Below are positions 58,692 to 64,000 of a stretch of DNA of 64,000 nucleotides, piece after piece (within the stretch, counting starts at the first letter, position 1; the number at the start of each line of letters is the position of its first letter). Under the pieces are notes generated by a model. That model made no database searches. It was given only the letters and a program-made list of their open reading frames with translations, and was not told the DNA's origin. The position numbers were made by a program, and so were the translations under genes. This DNA is from Pseudomonadota bacterium (GTDB lineage Bacteria; Pseudomonadota; Gammaproteobacteria; Pseudomonadales; UBA7434): NCBI GenBank assembly GCA_036344075.1, contig JAYYUJ010000011.1, positions 2,794 through 66,793 on the forward strand, in the 5' to 3' direction.

Positions 58692-58702
58692 AACAAAGTT
58701 GC

Positions 58703-58741
58703 AGGCACTGTTCAACAAATTCCAACAGTGCCTATTTTATT
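58703..58741 (+). terminator. Rho-independent terminator after the sulfotransferase-DUF1214 pair
   Basis: AGGCACTGTT-(11 nt)-AACAGTGCCT forms a perfect 10-bp stem and is followed by ATTTTATTT. It starts 12 nt after the stop at 58691. Confidence 0.65.
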
Positions 58742-59207
58742 TAGTATTTTTTCTTGCCTGAAAATTATCAAAACGGCCGCCGTAAAGTGTCGGACTGGAT
58801 ACCTGCTGAGGGTGAATGGTAATTATCACTCGCTGCGCCCCAGGCGGGTCCATATCTACTGGCGGTTCATCACCACCACTATTTTCAATAAACTGACGTC
58901 TTGCAAACACATTATCAGGATCATCTTGTAAGGTAGCGTAGCCTCGGACTTCTAAGTAGTGCATTACATTTTCGGCTGACAAAACGCAAAAACTGACCCT
59001 CGAGTCAGCCATAATATTTTTGTATTTGATACGATTTTTTAAACTGGAAATACGTATTGACTCGCCGTCCCAAACAAAGCTCACTGGGTGACTCGACAGT
59101 AATTGATCCTTATATCGAATCGTTGTAATGGTACCAATAACACTTTTTTTCAATAACTCATGGTAGGCTTCTGGAATTGGCACCTCGGGTATTTTCTGCA
59201 TAGTCAC
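58737..59207 (-). CDS. Pyridoxamine 5'-phosphate oxidase-fold (PPOX/FMN-binding split barrel) protein
   Basis: 156 aa. It contains IGTITTIRYKDQLLSSHPVSFVWDGESIRISS and ADSRVSFCV. Confidence 0.65.
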   Translation of the reverse strand: MTMQKIPEVPIPEAYHELLKKSVIGTITTIRYKDQLLSSHPVSFVWDGESIRISSLKNRIKYKNIMADSRVSFCVLSAENVMHYLEVRGYATLQDDPDNVFARRQFIENSGGDEPPVDMDPPGAQRVIITIHPQQVSSPTLYGGRFDNFQARKNTK

Positions 59208-59646
59208 TCTCTATAGCTTGGATCACTTTCATTATACTCAAGGCACCGCATTCTCGTCAGTAAAAGAATGTTAGGTAAAAAAATAATATAAATAGATAAT
59301 CAATTAGACAAGGAGGAAACTTTAAACAACATGAAAAAAATGACCCCTCCCAAACTAACGGTTATAGCGGGGTCAAGACAAACGAGGTGAGATATTAACT
59401 ATGACAGCACTTATTAACGCCAGTTCCTCAACGAAGCTTTGTATCTTTTACTACAAGTGACGAACTTATTAGAGTCAGCCTGGTTAAGACGTTTGTCCCA
59501 TAAAAAAAGTAGCTTTTATCACTAATACCGCCTCCTTTAACGCTTGTGTGAAATTTAATCATCTGATAAGTTAGATTCTTAATAATAAAACTTTAGCAAT
59601 CGTTTCCCATGATGGTGCTAAGGATAACTACCCCTGGAGCTATTAC

Positions 59647-60465
59647 GTGATAGATATATCTCGTATATTTCGTACGTGCTTGATTTATTTTGGCTTTTTT
59701 ACCCATCAGTCATCTCATGCCATCATTGTTGATGTGCAGTTTTCTGGCGCTAGCTCTTCCCAGCAAGCATTATTTCAACAAGCCGCCAACTATTGGGGCA
59801 ACCACCTCATTGGCTATCAAACAGGCATTAATATACCCAATACCGTCACCATTAACGCTTCGATAGGCCCTGATGATGGTCCTGGTGGAGCTTTAGCCTA
59901 TGCTGGGCCAACCTATGTTTGGAACCAACAATACACTAATGGCTATGTCATAGCGGCAGAGGGAGATATCTTTTTTGACACTGCCGATGTTCCGCAACTT
60001 GAAAGCAACGGAAACTTGTACGACGTCATACGCCATGAAATGGCCCATGTACTAGGGTTTGGCACCCTCTGGGAGGCGAATGGTGTCTACATAACTGGTT
60101 CTGGCCAGTATACGGGTGCTAATGCCCTTGCAGCATGGCAAACTGAATTCAATCAACCAAATGCCACGTTTATTCCAGTTGAGTTAGAGGGTGGCCCAGG
60201 CACCGCTGAGGGACATTGGAACGAAAACTATGGCGGCAGCGGTTCTACAGGGATCGTTAATTCAGCCCAGGACGATATAACTTCAGAGTTAATGACCGGT
60301 TGGTTGAATACCTCCTCTTTTATTAGCAACACCACACTAATGTCCTTTGCGGATATTGGTTATGAGGTTGCACCTATCCCCTTGCCGCCTAGCAGTTTTC
60401 TGCTTTTCTCAGCTTTCGCTGGACTAGGCATACTGAAAAAAAGAACTTCAAAACACCCTGCATAA
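59647..60465 (+). CDS. Leishmanolysin-like (M8-type) zinc metalloprotease with a VPLPA/PEP-CTERM-like C-terminal sorting signal
   Basis: 272 aa with an N-terminal signal-like segment. It contains HEMAHVLGFG (HExxH), a downstream GTAEGHWNE and SELMTGW. The C-terminus reads PIPLPPSSFLLFSAFAGLGILKKRT, which is a motif, a TM helix and a basic cluster. It uses a GTG start. Confidence 0.6.
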   Translation: MIDISRIFRTCLIYFGFFTHQSSHAIIVDVQFSGASSSQQALFQQAANYWGNHLIGYQTGINIPNTVTINASIGPDDGPGGALAYAGPTYVWNQQYTNGYVIAAEGDIFFDTADVPQLESNGNLYDVIRHEMAHVLGFGTLWEANGVYITGSGQYTGANALAAWQTEFNQPNATFIPVELEGGPGTAEGHWNENYGGSGSTGIVNSAQDDITSELMTGWLNTSSFISNTTLMSFADIGYEVAPIPLPPSSFLLFSAFAGLGILKKRTSKHPA

Positions 60466-61177
60466 GCTTTTAAAACCATAAATATTTTTTGCTTATTTAT
60501 GAAGCAAAATGGTTGATTTTTACTCATTAATTAATATATTCTTATTATGACATTTAACGTTTTAAGTATATTTCAATTTACCAAACAATCTACTTACTGC
60601 TTTTGCTGATCGACTTTGGGGTTACCTGGTATGTCCCCCATGCAAGCTATTCTCTCATGTCTCGATCTTTTTAATCTGCCTGTTTGCATGGCCTCATATT
60701 GTTAACATTCCCATAATCAAGTTTTTGCCACGCCGGCATGGCCTCTATGTGATTGTCGGCTGTAAACGACATGAAGAGTTTGCAGTAAAGTTATGGGATG
60801 GCAATTATTCAAGCACGTCCCGAAAGCCTGCTAGTAAACTTAACAACCTTTTTTTACTGGCTTTTGTTGCTAGTTAACATGCATCCTTACACAGTCTTGA
60901 CCATAGATAATTGTTGACCCGCTAATGGCAACTCTGGCCAGTAAAGTATTTTAAAAAACCGCGATTTCCCAAAGGCAATTGAGGTTTTTTTAATAAAAAC
61001 TAAAGCAGCAAGCGCCTACTCTTACAAATATAGATCACAATCAATCGCCCAGACATTTTAAATATGTAGGATAAAAACTGGCGTTAGGGATAAATGAAAA
61101 AGGTTCAGAGGAATTTGAAATCTTAAAAGAACTTTTTATTTAAATAACCTTTTGCAAACTAACAAGATTCGAGATAA

Positions 61178-61993
61178 TTATGTTAATAGAAAACCAATAA
61201 TAAGTATTAAAAATAAATTACAAAAGGACAAAAAAACAACTTTCACCTTCCTTTTTTTTGCTCTTCGCATCCATTGGGCTACATTTAAAAATTGATCTGC
61301 ATCCGCTTGCACTTTTTTTATCTCTAAATTTTTCTTCCATTTTTCATAATCATATGGAAAGTCAAAGTCCTCAGTGAAATCGTCTATATGATTAAAAACA
61401 ACGCCTGAAAAACTAACAGACTCACCTATTGCATACTTGTTAGCTGCAGCTTTATAGAACTGCCAACCAGCCGGTCTGCTTGATTTTATATCTGCTTCCA
61501 GCATTAATAGTTCAACTTCATCATTATGAGTACTGTTGAATGAAACTCCAAAAATCTCTTGATATTCACAACCTGTCACTCTGCTAGCAGTCAACCTCCC
61601 TGTAAAATTAATCGAATTACTAGTAAATGACAATAAAACATCTATTGCAAAATCAGAAAAAAAAACATCCCCGAATAGAATTAATGTGGTCCCATTAGTA
61701 TTCCAAAAATTTCTTGAGCTGAGGAACTTATGATGCCTAAAATTCTGCTCCTCAATGTTAAGATTGACATAAGAGACACCTGGAATGATATGCTTATTAT
61801 CGCAGCCGATAATTGATATTTCCGAATGGCCTTTTGCTCTTAATTTGTTAATGGTGTCTTCTAAGAGGGGCTTTTTATTAATTGGCACAAGCTGCTTTGG
61901 GACACCCATGTGATTTCCCCAACGGTTTCCTTCCCCACCACATAGTAGTAATATTTTAATTTTTAAATCTTTTTCAATAGTTTGATTTAGCAA
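61178..61993 (-). CDS. Nucleotidyltransferase (NTP_transferase/MobA-like) with a C-terminal TM helix
   Basis: 271 aa. It contains LLLCGGEGNRWG..PKQLVPINKKPLL and the C-terminal helix VVFLSFCNLFLILIIGFLLT. The DNA is visibly very AT-rich. Confidence 0.55.
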   Translation of the reverse strand: MLNQTIEKDLKIKILLLCGGEGNRWGNHMGVPKQLVPINKKPLLEDTINKLRAKGHSEISIIGCDNKHIIPGVSYVNLNIEEQNFRHHKFLSSRNFWNTNGTTLILFGDVFFSDFAIDVLLSFTSNSINFTGRLTASRVTGCEYQEIFGVSFNSTHNDEVELLMLEADIKSSRPAGWQFYKAAANKYAIGESVSFSGVVFNHIDDFTEDFDFPYDYEKWKKNLEIKKVQADADQFLNVAQWMRRAKKRKVKVVFLSFCNLFLILIIGFLLT

Positions 61994-62052
61994 ATTTACT
62001 CCATCAAAAAATATAAAAAATTAATGGTTTAATATCTAGAGTTGCCAGAAGG

Positions 62053-62072
62053 AAAAGAATCTTTAGAGACTC
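62053..62072 (-). terminator. Weak hairpin and U-tract after tRNA-Asp
   Basis: The minus-strand RNA reads GAGUCU-cuaa-AGAUUC followed by UUUUCC. It lies 5 nt after the tRNA CCA end. The stem is only 6 bp and includes a G-U pair. Confidence 0.3.
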
Positions 62073-62077
62073 AAAAG

Positions 62078-62154
62078 TGGCGGACCGGACGGGACTCGAA
62101 CCCGCGACCTCCGGCGTGACAGGCCGGCATTCTAACCAGCTGAACTACCGGTCC
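62078..62154 (-). tRNA. tRNA-Asp (anticodon GUC)
   Basis: The minus strand reads GGACCGGTAGTTCAGCTGGTTAGAATGCCGGCCTGTCACGCCGGAGGTCGCGGGTTCGAGTCCCGTCCGGTCCGCCA. I folded it by hand into a 77-nt cloverleaf with a 7-bp acceptor stem, anticodon loop CTGTCAC, T-loop TTCGAGT and an encoded CCA. Confidence 0.95.
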
Positions 62155-62190
62155 GTATGTCGTAACAAGTGTCAATCACACTTGAAGATA

Positions 62191-62266
62191 TGGTGGGTGG
62201 TACAGGGATCGAACCTGTGACCCTCGCCTTGTAAGGGCGATGCTCTCCCAGCTGAGCTAACCACCC
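62191..62266 (-). tRNA. tRNA-Val (anticodon UAC)
   Basis: The minus strand reads GGGTGGTTAGCTCAGCTGGGAGAGCATCGCCCTTACAAGGCGAGGGTCACAGGTTCGATCCCTGTACCACCCACCA. It is 76 nt with anticodon loop CTTACAA and an encoded CCA. Confidence 0.95.
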
Positions 62267-62280
62267 GTCTAGGAGGCGGA

Positions 62281-62308
62281 ATTCTACCGAAAAACCAATA
62301 GTTGTCAA
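62281..62308 (-). promoter_or_regulatory. sigma70 promoter of the tRNA-Val/tRNA-Asp operon
   Basis: The minus strand reads TTGACA-16 nt-TAGAAT, followed by the GC-rich discriminator TCCGCCTCC. The -10 element ends 14 nt before the mature tRNA-Val 5' end. Confidence 0.7.
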
Positions 62309-62520
62309 ACCTTTATGGCCAATTTGAGGTAAGGTTGAAGATAATTACCGCGATCAAGCTGGATCGCTGGCCGAAACCACTGATTATGGTTATATTAGCA
62401 CTATCAACCTTCGCTATACAGCCCTGCCAGACCAATTATTAATCAGATTACCGCAGCTACTTTTAGCGTGACTAGCTAATACGCAAGCCAACTCAATTTA
62501 ATTAAAAAGACGAATTAATC

Positions 62521-62890
62521 ATGGAAATTTTAAAGAGTTTACTATTGAAGCCGCACACCGCTTACCGGATATAAAGGAGGTCCATAAATGTAGCCGTCTA
62601 CATGGTCACTCTTTTTTAATTCGACTCTATGTCAGTGGTGAAGCTCCCGAGCCAAGCGGTTGGGTAATGGATTTTTCAGAACTCAAGCACGCATTTAAAC
62701 TCTTATACGATCAGCCTTATCATCATCTCAATGACATAGAGGGGCTTGAAAACCCGACCAGTGAAAAACTTGCCCGTTGGATAAGAATCACTTAAAACCC
62801 AACTTAAATCTGCTGTCGGCGGTAGAGATACAAGAGACCTGTACTTCTGGCTATATTTATCGGGGAGTTGAAAACAAGGAGGCAGTTTGA
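62521..62890 (+). pseudogene. queD: queD (6-carboxy-5,6,7,8-tetrahydropterin synthase) pseudogene
   Basis: There is no ORF of 60 aa or more. The ATG frame stops after 17 codons. The +2 frame reads [78 protein letters not shown]. The tail [26 protein letters not shown] lies in another frame. That makes at least 2 frameshifts. The conserved LDHHYLN reads PYHHLN. Confidence 0.75.
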
Positions 62891-62927
62891 AAGATGGAAT
62901 CAGGGGCTAATGAAAGCTTTACTGTGA

Positions 62928-63494
62928 TTAACCGACTGATCGCCACACTTGAAAAAAATCCTCCACTGCCATGTCAGGCAAGAGCTTGCTTGGCCCATCA
63001 GCCGTGCCGAGATAAATAAAACCTACTATTTTTTCATTGGCTTGCAAACCGATTCTGTTCATAAACGTTCGACTAAAAGAAACTGAACCCGTGCGCCAAA
63101 TACCGGCATAGCCTAGAGCGTGTGCAGCAGTCAGTAATTTAGTGGCCGCTGCGCCAGCAGATAAAATCTGTTCCACTTCTGGCACCTTGGGATGCTCGCT
63201 AATTTTGGCTATTACGATCACCAGCAGTGGCGCGCGTAGCGGCGCCAACTTTAATTTTTCGTAAACAGCAGGATCCAGTTCAGGATTATCTATTTTTGCA
63301 GCCGATGCCATTTTTTCACCAAGCGTTAGACGGGCGTCACCCTCGACCGTTAAAAATCGCCAAGGACGTAATCTGGCATGATCAGGCGCTCTCAATGCTG
63401 CCTGAAAAATAGCGTGTCGATCCTCACCTGTAGGTGCAGGCTCACTTAGCCGGGCAGAAGAATTTCGTTGCTGTAGAGCAGTAATAGCATCCAT
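62928..63494 (-). CDS. ydjA: NAD(P)H nitroreductase, YdjA-like
   Basis: 188 aa. It contains RNSSARLSEPAPTGE, RAPDH..L.PWRF and KIVGFIYLG. It is collinear with E. coli YdjA as I recall it. Confidence 0.8.
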   Translation of the reverse strand: MDAITALQQRNSSARLSEPAPTGEDRHAIFQAALRAPDHARLRPWRFLTVEGDARLTLGEKMASAAKIDNPELDPAVYEKLKLAPLRAPLLVIVIAKISEHPKVPEVEQILSAGAAATKLLTAAHALGYAGIWRTGSVSFSRTFMNRIGLQANEKIVGFIYLGTADGPSKLLPDMAVEDFFQVWRSVG

Positions 63495-63528
63495 AAAATA
63501 ACTCTGAAAATTTACTTAAACATAGCGA

Positions 63529-64000
63529 TCAATCGAGCCATTGCCTGAAATCAGACTGCAAGTCTAAATTAATAGCTTGATTATAACCGGGAATGCGAAT
63601 CCATTTGTCATCAAAATCGATCGAATCGCCCTCAAGCACACTATGATCAAAACGATAGATAGGTTTTGCTGTGCCGTTAAGCATGGCTTGATCATAGGCC
63701 TGCGCTTTTTGCGATACAACTTCGGCTTTCGCCATGTATTGTGACCAATGCTTACCCTTGTGCTTATTGGCAAGAATCTTGGCTGTGATGTGTGGCGCGA
63801 TGACTGTTGCCGACGCGTTATTACCCCCAAAACCTTTGGCGTTAATGATCGCCACATCGAGATTCTCTTTGCCCAACGATTGATGCTCAGGCCCAATCTG
63901 TAGATGCTCACAAGCCACATCGTCAGCCGGTTTATCAATCGTATTAATACCAGGCAGAATACCTTCGCTCCATACGCCTAGGGCGGTGATCAATTGATCG
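63529..64000 (-). CDS. Beta-ketoacyl-ACP synthase family protein, C-terminal part; the 5' end lies beyond the right edge
   Basis: The KAS C-terminal core reads INAKGFGGNNASATVIAPH and is followed by an extension of about 85 aa. The reading frame stays open to position 64000, so the M at 63993 in the ORF track is an artefact. It may be FabY-class (low confidence). Confidence 0.7.
   Translation of the reverse strand, partial: DQLITALGVWSEGILPGINTIDKPADDVACEHLQIGPEHQSLGKENLDVAIINAKGFGGNNASATVIAPHITAKILANKHKGKHWSQYMAKAEVVSQKAQAYDQAMLNGTAKPIYRFDHSVLEGDSIDFDDKWIRIPGYNQAINLDLQSDFRQWLD

Noticed and set aside
60466-62154. Whether the AT-rich islet at tRNA-Asp is a mobile genomic island
   Set aside because: I found no integrase, transposase or direct repeat of the tRNA 3' end in the window. 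Only compositional and positional evidence exists, so I did not call a mobile_element.
1-64000. A whole-window scan for CRISPR arrays, IS elements, toxin-antitoxin pairs, restriction-modification or other defence systems, and rRNA genes
   Set aside because: None was seen. There are no spaced direct repeats, no transposase- or integrase-like ORFs, and every large ORF is accounted for by flagellar, catabolic or housekeeping families.

Overview
This 64-kb window looks like a low-GC, probably marine, gammaproteobacterial chromosome. All calls come from reading the ORF translations and the raw DNA by eye. No database search or computation was run, so family names are motif- and synteny-based recognitions. 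Residue comparisons to reference proteins are from memory.

The window has four parts.

(1) Positions 1-21.3 kb hold a polar-flagellum export and basal-body locus on the minus strand: fliEFGHIJ, fliK, [fliL], fliMNOPQR, then flhB, flhA, flhF, flhG. It has two anomalies. fliL is a multiply disrupted pseudogene behind an intact consensus sigma54 promoter. The normally contiguous fliR-flhB junction is split by a 4-gene cassette: sulfotransferase, SDR, LLM-type oxidoreductase and NAD-epimerase. flhB has its own sigma54-like promoter.

(2) Positions 21.5-29.6 kb hold a steroid side-chain module. It contains two Cys-less thiolase-fold Ltp2-like proteins, DUF35 partners, a ChsH1/ChsH2-like hydratase pair and SDRs. 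An OYE flavoenzyme and a SnoaL_4 protein sit at one end.

(3) Positions 29.7-43.4 kb hold housekeeping genes: purU, rlmL, pyrD, rsmE, msrA, ampDE, nadC, pilD, djlA.

(4) Positions 43.5-55.8 kb hold a 13-gene minus-strand operon typical of steroid C/D-ring (HIP) and side-chain beta-oxidation. It contains IpdAB-like CoA-transferase, EchA20-like hydratase, two ACAD pairs, two true thiolases and SDRs. It also contains a 125-aa ketosteroid isomerase with the Tyr14/Asp38/Asp99 catalytic residues.

To the right of the operon are a second sulfotransferase with a DUF1214 protein and a PPOX-fold protein. A leishmanolysin-like protease with a VPLPA/PEP-CTERM-like tail follows. Next comes an AT-rich islet abutting tRNA-Asp, then a tRNA-Val/tRNA-Asp operon and a frameshifted queD pseudogene. 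ydjA and a partial KAS gene close the window.

I found no CRISPR array, IS element, integrase or recognisable defence system. The most novel-looking item is the uncharacterised sulfotransferase-centred cassettes, one of them inside the flagellar operon, linked to a steroid-catabolic gene set.
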